Source of the DNA: Squalus acanthias
Lineage: Eukaryota
DNA: 64,000 nt
NCBI GenBank assembly: GCA_030390025.1
Contig: CM059432.1
Location: 115,694,001-115,758,000 of the forward strand
Direction: 5' to 3'
Shown one piece after another: positions 52,120 through 64,000 of the stretch. Positions within the stretch are counted from its first letter, which is position 1. Every line of letters begins with the position of its first letter. Made by a program: the position numbers and the translations under genes. The notes beneath the pieces are model-generated. The model saw only the letters and a program-made list of their open reading frames with translations. It ran no database searches and had not been told where the DNA came from.

Positions 52120-53775
52120 CAAATTAAACATATATGGAACCTTTAATGTAGCGAAGCACCCCAAGGCACGTTCCAAAAAGGAGAAGAGACTGAAAGAGTA
52201 CTTGAACAAATCGCGTTTGATAAAGCTTTTGAAGGTGAGGAAAGAGGTTATCAAAACTAGAGGGGTGGCGGAATGTGGAAGGGAATTTCAGAGAGCAGGA
52301 CCATGACAGTTGAAGGTTCAGTGGAAGGAAGGGGGACTGGAGAGAAGTCCACACTCCGATGAATGGAGCTGTGTGCTTAAAGGCTGGGCTTCAGGAGGTT
52401 GCATATGTAGGGTACCCCAAGGCTGTGGAAGAAATTACTTTCAAAAGTCCGCATCCTGGTTTACTCTAAGCTGGCAGATAAGCAGGAGAGGTTGGCAAGG
52501 GCAGAGGTGATATGCAAGTGGAAATGAGCATTAGATAGGGTATGACTGGCAGAATTTTGGATAGAATGGCGTTCAGGAGGCCAGCCCAAAGAGCATTAAA
52601 AAGGTTGAACCTGGAGGCGACAGTGCGGATGATGGTTTCTGCAGCAGTAGGGATGAGTTGGAGATGCAGGTAAGTGATACTACAGAGGATGTGACTAGTG
52701 GTGTCCCGCAGGGATCTGTGTTGGGGCCTCAACTATTCACAGTATTTATCAACGACTTAGATGATGGGATAGAAAGTCATACACCAAATTTGCCGATGAC
52801 ACAAAGATAGGCGGCATTGTAGATGAAAGTATAAAATTACAAAGGGATATTGATAGATTAAGTGAATGGGCAAAACTGTGGCAAATGGATTTCAATGTAG
52901 GCAAATGTGAGGTCATCTAATTTGGACCTAAAAAGGATAGAACAGGGTAATTTATAAATGGTGAATAGCTAAAAACAGTGGAGGTCCAAAGAGACTTGGG
53001 GGTTCAGGTACATAGATCATTAAAATGTCATGAACAGATACAGAAAATAATCAAAAAGGCTAATGGAATGTTGGCCTTTATATATAGAGGACTAGAATAC
53101 AAGTGGGTAGAAGTTATGCTGCAGCTATACAAAGCCCTGCTTAGACCACACCTGGAGTACTGTGAGCAGTTCTGGGCACTACACCTCAAAGGATATATTG
53201 GCCTTAGAGGGAGTGCAGCGTAGGTTTACCAGAATGATACCCGGACTTCAAAGGTTACGTTACGAGGAGAGATTACACAAATTAGGATTGTATTCCCTAG
53301 AATTTAGAAGGTTCAGGGGTGATCTGATCGAAGATTTCAAGATATTAAGGGTAACAGATAGGGTAGATAGAGAGAAACTATTTCTGCTGGTGAGGATTCG
53401 AGGACTAAGGGGCATAGTCTAAAAATTAGAGCCAGACCTTTCAGGAGTGAAATTAGGAAACACTTCTACACACAAAGGGTGGTAGAAGTTTGGAACTCTC
53501 TTCTACAAACAGCAATTGATGCTAGATCAATTGTTAATTTTAAATCGGAGATTGATAGCTTTTTGTTAACCAAAGGTATTAAGGGATATGGGCCAAAGGC
53601 GGGTATATGGAGTTAGGTCGCAGATCAGCCATGATATCATTGAATGGTGGAACAGGCTCGAGGGGCTGAATGGCCTCCTCCTGTTCCTAGGTGGAAATAG
53701 GCAGTTTGGCAATGAACTGGATGTGGGGTTTGAAGCTCGGCTGAGGATCAAGCAGAACACCAAGTTTGTGCACTT
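52120..53775 (-). mobile_element. Old L2 LINE fragment (-) split by a CR1 insertion (52690-53688, +)
   Basis: [23 protein letters not shown] resembles L2 AETLIHAFVTSRLDYSNALLAGL. The inner CR1 has [14 protein letters not shown] and a CR1 3' UTR. Confidence 0.75.
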
Positions 53776-54091
53776 AAATTAAAACAAACATGTAACTTTA
53801 AATACAAAAAAACCCAGAAAATGGACACCAGGCCAAACAGCATCTAAAAGCAGAAAAATCAACATTTCCGCTGTGACCTTCCATCAGTGTTTTGGATTTG
53901 GTTTGTTTTGTATTTCCAGTATTCACGCTTTTCTTTTTATCTCGTAAATTTTACATTTTTTTTGCTCACACTTTACTGCAAAAGTTGCCAAAAAGCTTCC
54001 ATAGTAAAGGTTTACTTTATTTTCCCTCTCCAACGATGAGAGCGACGACTGCCATGCAATCTGGGTCAGGTACTAGAGCTACTCCTCTTAC

Positions 54092-54288
54092 CGATCACAC
54101 TGCAGCTCCTCAGGCCACGTGATCCCAAATGTCTCGATGAGTTTTTCACAGTCCTGGAGAACGTCCTCACAGAGCTTTCTGCAAGGTGGGACAATCTGAA
54201 GTTTTTCTGTACAGGCCGGCACAAAGGCACTGCACAGAAACATTTTCACATCCGGTGAGCAAAGCAGATTTATAAGTGGAAGAAAAGG
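54092..54288 (-). CDS. FZD6: Frizzled-6 coding exon, C-terminal half of the cysteine-rich (Wnt-binding) domain; gene is 5'-partial in this window
   Basis: Acceptor ttgcag|CCT, donor GATCG|gtaag. 197 nt encoding [65 protein letters not shown](R), a Frizzled CRD cysteine pattern colinear with mammalian FZD6. Confidence 0.95.
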
Positions 54289-54437
54289 CTGCAAGAGGAG
54301 GAAACAAAATTATTAGAGTTGTGGTCTACGCTATGTCTCACAATTTCAGCTCACTTCCTATTGGACAGTATCACATCCTTCACAACATCATCATTTGGAA
54401 ATACTTAAAAGGGAATGAACTGAGTACAGGATGATCT

Positions 54438-54885
54438 CTGGAAATACTCAGGTCAGGCAGCATCTGTGGAGAAACAGAGTTAACGTTTCAGGTCAATGAC
54501 CTTTCGCCAGAACTGGAAAAAGTTAGAGATGTAACAGATTTTAAGTAAGTAGAGGCAGAGAAAGGGGGGGGGGGGGGGGATGGGTCTCATTACTATCCCA
54601 TTTTGTCTTGCACCATCATCTCTTTTATCATTTAATCTTTCCTGCCCTCCAGCCTATCACAGACCTTCCCTTTTGTTCTTTCCTCCCCCCCCCACCCTTT
54701 CCCTGCCTCTGTACTTGCTTAAAACCTGTTACATCTCTAAATTTTTCCAGTTCTGATGAAAGGTCATTGACCTGAAACATTAACTCTGTTTCTCGCTCCA
54801 CAGATGCTACCCGACCTGTTGAGTATTTCCAGCATTTTCTGTTTTTATTTCAGATTTCCAGCATCCGCAGTATTTTGCTTTTGTA
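54438..54885. mobile_element. Penelope-like element, inverted pLTR pair
   Basis: 54438-54565 is the imperfect reverse complement of ~54695-54832; hammerhead motif in both arms. Confidence 0.8.
54749..54785 (+). ncRNA. Minimal hammerhead ribozyme motif in Penelope-like pLTR
   Basis: AGUU-CUGAUGA-A-AGGUC(AUU)GACCU-GAAA-CA-UU-AACU: cores intact, stem III palindrome AACGUU changed to AACAUU. Confidence 0.65.
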
Positions 54886-56895
54886 CAGGATGGTCTCTGC
54901 TGTATGGCACTGGATTATTGGGACACAGGGCAATTGTCGACTTTAGTTTCTCCTCTTCGGGCCCTTGCACACTACACACCATTCTTCTGGCTAATATTTT
55001 GGAAGAGAAGGGAGAGAAAAAGTTGAGTGGAGTGTCTTCCCTTGGAGCCTCTCTCAACTGCTTGCTAGCAAGAGTGTGGGAGTAGCAGAAGTCTCATTCC
55101 TTTTCACAGAAAAATATTTTAGTGCTGACTATATTAACGACATTAATATGCAGGTTCTAGATGACAGGCTTACAAAGAAAAAAAAACCTTCATAAGAGCA
55201 ACAGGAGACACCCCTACATTTAGCACCACAGTCTTCAAAACTACTGCAGTGTCCCCCAGTTCCACAGAATACATGAGGAAATTAATAGATTATACCAACC
55301 GGAAGATGAGACACAATTACATACAACTGCTGCTCGGTCGGTTGGTGGGAATGGAGAAACTTGGATTATGTTGTTTAAGAATATGTCGCTCTCCTGGGAG
55401 GGCACATACTCTTCTTCCCTACACCACTCCACCCCTCCCAGTGCAATTTTCTTGAATTTGTACCCTGCCAATCCTTGGCACTGTATGTTAGTATTCCAAT
55501 GCGACAAACATTTACAGCTACAGATGCAAATTGCAAACCAGCAATCACATGAAACAGTATCCTCTTCCGTAAATGGATTATGAGTGGTAGCAGAACGTAC
55601 AATGTATGAATGAGTGATAAATTATGCAAGATACATAACAGGTTTCATAATGCTGACTTGTGTTGATTGGTAAAAGATTTATTTTTGCCACGAATCATTC
55701 TGCAATATCACTAAATAACCTGCTTACATCTACATTGCCCACACATTCACGGGTGGGATTCAGTCTTCGAGCATCATGTGCTTTAAGGCTGTCTAATGCG
55801 AGCCGTGCTCAAGTCTTTCCTCCCAACAACAGTTTTAAGCCCAGAATTTTTTTATTCATTGTATGTGGGTGTCGCTGACAAGGCCAGCATTTATTGCCCA
55901 TCCCGAATTGCCCTCGAGAAGGTGGTGGTGAGCCGCCTTCTTGAACCGCTGCAGTCAGTGTGGTGAAGGTGCTCCCACAGTGCTGTTAGGTAACCCACTT
56001 TTCTGCTTCCCACCCCCCTCAATCACTTGTCCCCAATTTACTTCTGATATTGATCACCCCCTTACATCAACACAATTCACTGCAGCTCCCTATTTACCAC
56101 TTCCCTTGAGATGGAGGTGGATGGCCGTTACTAAATACTATTTGGTTGCCTTTTAAAATGTTTTACCCTAAGTTTCTTAGGTCAACTCCAACGCTGTTGT
56201 TATTCGATCGCTTTATCAATAATATCACTCTACCGCCACTCCTCTGCTCAGTGACTCAATGTAATTTTTGGACTGCGACCACCCCGTTTATGCCATGCAG
56301 AGGGAGTTAAAATCGGCCCTATGCTGTTCTTGGAGCATTTACTGAAGAAGCGGAGAATGCTGAGCAGAGCCAAATACACAAATTTCCTGTAGCGTCGCAC
56401 AGAGGGCATCAAGCAGTGTAGTCTTCAGGCAAAGTCTGGTTAGAGGGTGTGACAATTCAACCAGGGGGCAGAGGCGATTCAGTGCCAATTTTAAAGGCGT
56501 AAATTCTGCCCTTATTTTTACGTACTTTGATCATATTATTTATAATTTAATAGGAAATCTTATGGCAATTTGGGAAGCAGAGACATAGAGCTGGCTAGAG
56601 CATCTAAATTTCTCTGCAATATCGGCTGAAGAGCCAGGAGACACAACCACTGGCAGCAAGGTATAATTACAGCCTGGCAGTTTATACAGGCCGCTCCATA
56701 ATAACTGTGGACATAGGAATTTCCAATGGGGAAAAGCTACCATAAAATTGTGACCAAAAACAGGAAGTAAGGTTTTGTTAAGCAAGAACTTGCATTTAAC
56801 GTAACACCTTTAACATAGTAAAACGTCCCAAGGCGCTTAATAAGCGCATACAGATGCAAGGTGTATAGGTGAGTAAGTTCAAAAAGATTTTATTG

Positions 56896-57933
56896 TGATG
56901 AGAGCCTCTGGTTTGTGTGACCAAGTCAAGTCAAATTCTGGTTTTATTACCATGGAATTATGGTATTTTGACTAGTGTTTTGGAGATCATATTCCAGCCA
57001 TTTCTCTGAAAACAGGTAGCTTTGCTCATGATCTATTCTCCTCTAAGATTATCACGGATTAGTTGGTTTATAGAATACTTGCTTTACTATCTTATAATCG
57101 TCAGTAATGGATCTATAATCGTGTGTAAGGATTAAATGTAGAATTCTGTAATCATCAACTGAATTATATATGACATGTAACCCTTTTGCTTATAATTAAA
57201 AGTCTGTGAGTAAGCTGTAACCAGACAACCTGGGGTGAGAAAGAGGATTGCTATAGTTGAATAGTGAGACTGTGGGTGAAAGTTGGCTATTAGCCAACAG
57301 TAAGGATGAGACAGAGTGCAGCTAGCCTGGGAACCAAGGTTAGCTGTAGTTTCCATTGTACTGGAATGTTATAACATCCGCAGTGAATTAAAAACAAAGG
57401 CCAACAGCAAGGGCCGTATCTCAACCTGTGGAGGCATCTTCCTTTTGTGTTGCCACAACTACCCCAGACATGAGTCTTGATGGTCAGAAACAGATGATGC
57501 AAGAGTGTCATGAGACTAAAAACCTGCGTAAGCCAGGGTGCTGCAAACGTGGCATCTTTATGATTGGATTTTGGGTTTGGGTATCAGCCAGTGATTGGTT
57601 CAGGAGAATTCCATAGGTTTTGAATGAGAGTAAAGGTACAAGAAGGGGGTCGTAACAGCCACAAATTGTAGAAGATTTCAGGGAGCATCAAGGAGACACC
57701 TGGGAGACGAGGAGAGATGAGGGAGAGACAAGAGACACAGGGTGCAGCTTACTCACAGTTGCGGCTTCTACCCAGAAGTGGTAATAGAAGTCTCAATTAT
57801 ACTCTGTAAACTGCTGCTCGAATACTGTAATTACTAAGTCTTGCTTCTGCTGAATAAAGTTAAATCACTGTCCCCAATACGGGTGAACCTCGAATCATTT
57901 TGAAGAAGGGTCCCTCTGGGATCTTATACCTCA
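56896..57933 (-). mobile_element. Solo LTR (~1.04 kb)
   Basis: TGA...TCA termini, flanks TATTG/AATTG, minus-strand AATAAA ~50 bp from the end at 56896; one end is homologous to 4177-4303. Confidence 0.65.
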
Positions 57934-59666
57934 AATTGTATAAACATTAATTAGCTTTTCAATATCTGTGTTCATAAATTGAAGACCTGCACAAGCCATT
58001 GTCACTCCCTGAACGGCAGGCTTTTTGCTAAAAGTGAAATTCAGTTTAAAACGTATCCAAGAATCTCACCAGTAAGCCTAAGGTGCTTCACAATTCCTAT
58101 CGTTAGTAGAAATGTTACTATAAAGAACACTAATGGATATCAGTTACAGTTTAACTTGTCATGCAAGACACAAAACAGAAACTCAAAAAGCTCAAATAAT
58201 ATAAATGCTGTTATTCACCCAAACTCTTTCACTGAAACCACTGTTCTGTGAAACTCGGTGCCACATTCTTAGTCGCATTCTTTGTGAAAAGTGAAACATT
58301 AACGAGGGCATTACGAGTTGAGAGATTTGATAACCATCACTGTGCCACCAGGGGCAGAGCTGGCATTCCATACATCCTTCCTGCACAGCTCGGAGGAAAC
58401 GATGTATTGTCCACAACCATCAACCGGCCACTCCCACCTTATTAATCACGCACTGCAGCACAATTTAAAAAATAAAAACTTTCAATTTTTAGCCTCAACA
58501 AAGAGAACTTTTTTTAAACCTTCAGTCAAAACACTGCACGTCCTATTTAAATACGGTATAGATCAAAGAACAGGTCTCTTTAGAATATATACTCCAAATA
58601 ACACTCATCACCTTATAACTTCTCTTGTGAGGTGGTGTCTTATTACGAATACGTGCCCTTGCAAACCTCAGTATGCCTGCTGTGGCTTGTGAATATATGC
58701 TTGAAGTGATACTTTCACCCCAGTGAGAAAGAACATGTGAACACGGTTGAGTTTCAAAAGCACATTACTTTTAAAACAAAAAATGACATTTATTTTCTGG
58801 AAATTTCTAAGTGGATTTAAATTTCTGCATTAAGATGGGATCCCATCTGGGGTGTCGAAAATTGCCAGCATGGGCTCGACGGGCCGAATGGCCTCCTTCT
58901 GTGCTGTCACCATTCTATGATCTTAAATTCGCTTTTTTCCTGGATAACAGTACTTGCCAAGAGCCCACAACGATGGCTTAGAAAGGGATAATCAGAACTC
59001 AAAAGCACAAGATTAAACTTGATTTTTCACTTGTATTATTCAATAGACTAATTCTGCATAATGCTACAGTTCAAAAGCCCTTTCTTCTTAGCTTACCCCT
59101 CCCCATGAAGATTCAAACACGGCCTCAGGTGTTGGATAATGAGCGTCTGAAAGAGAAGTGACGTGACTGAGATTTTATCGGAGAATGATTAAAGACCAGT
59201 GAGGTGGGCTGCTGCGATCAAGCAAACTGAAAAACCGGACATCGGCAGCCAAACAATTGGTTTATCCTGAGCGCTGAACATTGGTGCAGAGCACAGCGCA
59301 AGTACTTTTAGAAGAGGCTTAGGCTGCTAGAAAAACACTTGTATATCCACACATTGTAGCAAACGGCTGCGCCCAAAAAAAGCTGATTCTGCTGCTTTAC
59401 CACACCTCTCACAGCAATCGCTGAGCATTTTCCCTCAATTTCACAGAGAACATGAAAGGGTTGGCGGCCTCGACATGCAGAAAGAGTTTCATGCCTGAAG
59501 TTGTTCAATTTAGCTAGGAGTGTTTGAAATTTATTCAAAACGAGAAAGGGGTCAGATGTCGCACAGTTTTTTTAAGTTGTAAAACAAAAATTATAAAGAA
59601 GGCTTTCTGTGCGCCAAGTAGATTTTACAAGTCATAGAATTAAGTACGTCGAGGAACCAACCAGGG

Positions 59667-60601
59667 CAGTGGTTCCCAAACTGGCGTCTGTCGAGACTTT
59701 CCAGCGAGTCTGAAAATAATGTGAAAGTTAGATTTTATCAATGAGAAAAAGTTTGAGAGTTGCATTTTGTGACACTATCTTCTTCCTTTCTGTGATAAAT
59801 ATATATTTGTGTTGTCCTTTACTCCCTCGACCACTTTCCCTGCAGCTCATCTCCCGAACGACCGTGCGGTTGTCAAGTGATGCCACCCCCAGGCTCAGGC
59901 GCCGGCTGTCTGTCGGGTGGGGGGGGGGCTGGTTGCCGCAGTCGGGTAGAGGCAGCCAGCGGAGGGGAAGGGCAGGCCAGGCCGCTGCTCAGCTTCTCCC
60001 GGGACCCGATGGGAGCGGCTCGCGGTCGCTGCGGCCCGGCCGAGCGGAGAGCGAGCGTCCGCCGACTCCAGCTGTGGGTGCCACGCGCCGGCCTCGCTGA
60101 AGACATAAAACCCGAGTTGGAGCCCGGTACAACTCTCCGGCACAGCCGGTGCACCATCCCCTCCCGGCTGGACCCCTGTCCCCCACAGATACACTGAAGC
60201 GATACAAATCCGTTTAAATATATTTAAATCTTCCTTGTGAAAAACCAAATGTACAATTAAAGCAAATCCACAGCGAGAAAATTTCAATGAAACCCAAATT
60301 ACAGATGGGAATGTTTCAGTGCTCAGTGCATTTTCAAAGTACAGGTCCCGTCTGGAAGTGGAGAATGATTTACGAGGGTCACTGTCAAACATCACACCAA
60401 GGATAGACAGATTCTGCAGTGAGAAGCAGGCACACCCATATCACTGACATCTGTAAGTAAATACCCATTTTCTTCAAAGCATTCTTAAAACACTTTACAA
60501 GCAGCACATTAATATTATTTAGATGGGGGGGGGGGAAGAGAGGGGGGCCATGATTCGATTTGGAAAGGGATCCTTCAACCAAAAAAGTTTGAGAACCACT
60601 G
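59667..60601 (+). mobile_element. Internally deleted hAT-Charlie/Buster DNA transposon
   Basis: 16-bp TIRs CAGTGGTTCCCAAACT / AGTTTGAGAACCACTG, 8-bp TSD AACCAGGG/AACTAGGA. 60334-60447 encodes SKYRSRLEVENDLRGSLSNITPRIDRFCSEKQAHPYH*, a Charlie-type transposase C-terminus. Confidence 0.9.
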
Positions 60602-63600
60602 AACTAGGATATTTTAGATATAGTATTGTGTAATGAGACAGGATGAATTAGTAATCTTATAGTAAAGGATCCTCTGGGGAAGAGTGATCATAATATGATA
60701 GAATTTCATACTAAGTTTGAGAGTGACGTGGTTAAGTCTGAAATTAGGGTCTTAAATTTAAACAAAGACAATTACAGAGGTATGAGGGGGAGAGTTGGCC
60801 GAGGTAGATTGGGAAATTAGATTTAAAAAATAGTTTATGGGATGTGGGCGTTGCTGGCAAGGCCAAAATTTATTGCCCATCCCTAATTGCCCTTGAGAAG
60901 GTGGTGGTGAGCTGCCTTCTTCAACCGCTGCAGTCCGTGTGGTGAAGGTTCTCCCACAGCGCTGTTAGGTAGGGAGTTCCAGGATATTGACCCAGCGACG
61001 ATGAAGGATTGGCGATATACTTATAAGTCAGGATGGTGTGTGACTTGGAGGGGAACTTGAAGGTGGTGGTGTTCCCATGCGCCTGCTGCCCTTGTCCTTC
61101 TAGGTGGAAGAGGTCGCTGGTTTGGGAGGTGCTGCCGAAGAAGCTTCGGCGAGTTGCTGCAGTGCATTTTGTAGATGGTACACACTGCAGCCACGGTACG
61201 CCGGTGGTGGAGGGAGTGAATGTTTAGTCAATCAGGTGGGCTGCTTTGTCCTGGAGGGTGTCGAGCTCCTTGAGTGTTGTTGGAGCTGCACTCACCCAGG
61301 CAAGTGGAGAGTATTCCATCACATTCCTTACTTGTGCCTTGTAGATGGTGGAAAGGCTTTGGGGAGTCAGGAGGTGGGACACTTGCCACAGAGTACCTAG
61401 CCTCTGACCTGCTCTTGTTGCCATAGTATGTGTGTGACTGGTCCAGTTAAGTTTCTGGTCAATGGTGACCCCCAGGATGTTGATGGTGGGGGATTTGGCG
61501 ATGGTAATGCCGTTGAATGTCAAGGGGAGGTGGTTAGACTCTCGCTTGTTGGAGATAGTCATTGCCTGGCACTTCTGAGTCACAAATGTTACCTGCCACT
61601 TATCAGCCCAAGCCTGAACATCGTCCAGGCCTTGTTGCATGCGGGCATGGACTGCTTCATTATCTGAAGAATGGCGCTGAACACTGTGCAGTCATCAGTG
61701 AACATCCCCATTTCTGACCTTACGTTGGAGGGAAGGTCATTGATGAAGCAGCTGAAGATTAAAAGATATATGACAGCAGATAGCAATGGCAAACATCTAA
61801 AGAAATAATTCATAATTCTCAACAAATATACATTCCATTGAGGAATAAAAACTCCACTGGAAAAGTGGTACAGCCATGGCTAACTAGAGAAGTTAAGGGT
61901 AGTATTAGATTAAGTAAAGAGGCTTTCAATGCTGCCAATGGGTAGTAAGCCTGAAGATTGGGAAGATTTTAAAAACCAGCAAAGGACGACCAAGATATTA
62001 CTAAAGAAGGAGAAAATAGAATATGAGAGTAAACGAGCAAGAAATATAAAAACAGATTGTAAAAAGTATGTAAAAAGGAAGAGATTAGCAAAAGTAAACG
62101 CAGGTCCCCAAGAGGCAGAGACAGGAGAAATTATAATGGAGAATATGGAAATGGCAGAGAAGTTAAACAAATATTGTGTGTCTGTCTTCACAGAAGACAG
62201 ACACAAAAGACATACCGGAAATTGTGAGGAACCAAGGGTCTAATGAGAGTGAGGAACTTAAAAGTAGCTATTAGTAAAGAAAAAGTACTGGAAAAATTAA
62301 TGGGACTAAAAGCCGACAAATCCCCTGGACCTGATGTCCTACACCCTAGGGTTCTAAAAGAGATGGCTACAGAGATAGTGGATGCATTGGTTGCAATCTT
62401 CCAGATTCCCCAGATTCCAGAACAGTCCCTGTAGATTGGATGGTAGCAAATGTAACCCTGCTGTTCAAGGAGGGAGGGAGAAAACGGGGAACTACAGACC
62501 AGTTAGCCTGACATCAGTAGTAGGGAAAATGCTAGAATCTATTAAGGACGTAGCAACAGGGCATTTGGAAAGTCACAATATGATCAGGCAAAGTCAACAC
62601 GGTTTTATGAAAGGGAATAAAAACAGAAAATGCTGGAAATACTCAGCAGGTCAGGCAGCATCTGTGGAGAGAGAAACAGAGTTAACGTTTCAGGTCGATG
62701 ACCCTTTGTCAGAACTGGAAAAAGCTGGAGATGGAACAGGTTTTTAAGCAAGTGCAGGGGCAGGGAAAGGGGAGGAAAGAACAAAAGGGAATGTCTGTGA
62801 TAGGATGGAAGGCAGGAGAGATTAAGAGACATTAAGAGATGGTGCAAGGCAAAAGGAGATGGTAATGGGACAAGTTAAGAAACAAAAGATGGCAGAATGA
62901 AAGACAGCTGCCATGTGGGAGAGAAAAAAAAAAGGAAAAAAAATAGGGGCAGAGGTTTTTTTTATATATTTATTTCTCTCTCCCACATGGCAGCTGTCTT
63001 TCATTCTGCCATTTACACAGGGAAAGGGGGGGGGGGGGGGGGGGAGAGTATTTTGCTTTTGTATTTATGAAAGGGAAATTGTGTTTGACAATTCTATTAG
63101 AGTTTTTTTAAGGGTGTAACTAGCAGGGTAGATAAGGGGGAACCAGTAGATGTAGTAGATTTGGATTTTCAGAAGGCATTTGATAAGGTGCCACATAAAA
63201 GATTGTTTCACAAGATAAGGGCTCATGGGGTATATTAGCATGGATTGAGGATAGAATAGACAGAAAAGAGAGAGTAGGAATAAACGGGTCATTTTCAGGA
63301 TGGTAGGGTGTAATGAGTGGAGTGCTGCAAGGATCAGTGCTTGGGCCTCAGCTATTTACAATCTATATTAATGACTTAGATCAAGGGACCGAGTGTAATG
63401 TATCCAAATTTGCTGACGATACAAAGCTAGGTGGGAAAGTAAGCTTTGAGGAGAACACAAAGAGCTGCCAAGGGATATAGACAGGTTAAGTGAGTGGGCA
63501 AAAAGGTGGCAGATGGAGTATAATGTGGAGAAGTGCGAAATTATCCACTTTGGTAGGAAGAATAGAAAAGCAGAATATTTTTTAAATGGTGAGAGATTGG

Positions 63601-64000
63601 GAAATGTTGGTATGCAGAGGAATTTGGGTGTCCTTGTACACAAATCACAAAGTTAACATGCAGATACAGCAAGCAATTAAGAAAGCAAATGGTATGTTAG
63701 CCTTTATTGCAAGGAGTTTGGAGTATAAGAGTAAGGAAGTCTTGCTGCAATTATATAGGTCTTTAGTGAGACCACACCTGGAGTACTGTGCACAGTTTTG
63801 GTCTCCTTGCCTAAGAAAGGATATACTTGCCTTAGAGGCGGTGCAACAAAGATTCACTAGATTGATCCCTGGGATATGAGAGTTGTCTTATGAGCAGAGA
63901 TTGAGCCTATACTCTCTGGAGTTTAGAAGAATGAGAGGTGATCTCATTGAAACTTAAATTCTTGAGGGCTTGACAGGGTAGATGCTGGGAGGTCATTTCT
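60602..64000 (+). mobile_element. CR1 ORF2 (runs off the window) with nested LINE family B (60830-61757, -) and Penelope-like element (62618-63063)
   Basis: CR1 motifs KSPGPD, NYRPVSLTS, QHGFMKG, FADDTK. The PLE is flanked by 14-bp TSD TTTATGAAAGGGAA (62604-62617, 63064-63077). Confidence 0.9.

Noticed and set aside
59873..60460. FZD6 promoter CpG island, first exon or novel GC-rich ORF
   Set aside because: Lies wholly within hAT-Charlie TIRs and TSD; no Frizzled signal-peptide or CRD sequence.
62889..63012. Separate MITE or miRNA hairpin (perfect 36-bp inverted repeat)
   Set aside because: More simply the inversion junction of the enclosing Penelope-like insertion, which has its own 14-bp TSD.

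Overview
Eukaryotic (vertebrate) genomic DNA, most likely from a cartilaginous fish. This is inferred from the repeat content: dense CR1 LINEs, an HE1/V-SINE-type SINE, Penelope-like inverted elements and many Harbinger derivatives. The only host gene I can support is Frizzled-6 (FZD6) on the minus strand. It has five coding exons with canonical GT-AG boundaries (54092-54288, 50664-51681, 47558-47706, 46571-46997, 41657-41828); the signal-peptide exon was not found and probably lies beyond 64000. The penultimate exon carries an apparent +1 frameshift and premature TGA, the most actionable anomaly here (real allele or assembly error). Most of the remainder is decayed, often nested, transposable elements: CR1, a second APE+RT LINE family, L2, RTE, L1/Tx1-like fragments, PIF/Harbinger transposase and Myb/SANT genes and MITEs, a hAT-Charlie element, solo LTRs, and Penelope-like elements with minimal hammerhead ribozyme motifs. 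Four minisatellites are present, several of which appear to have arisen inside TEs. There is no CRISPR array, rRNA or tRNA gene, and I cannot support a wholly new biological system. Most long ORFs in the supplied track are repeat artefacts.
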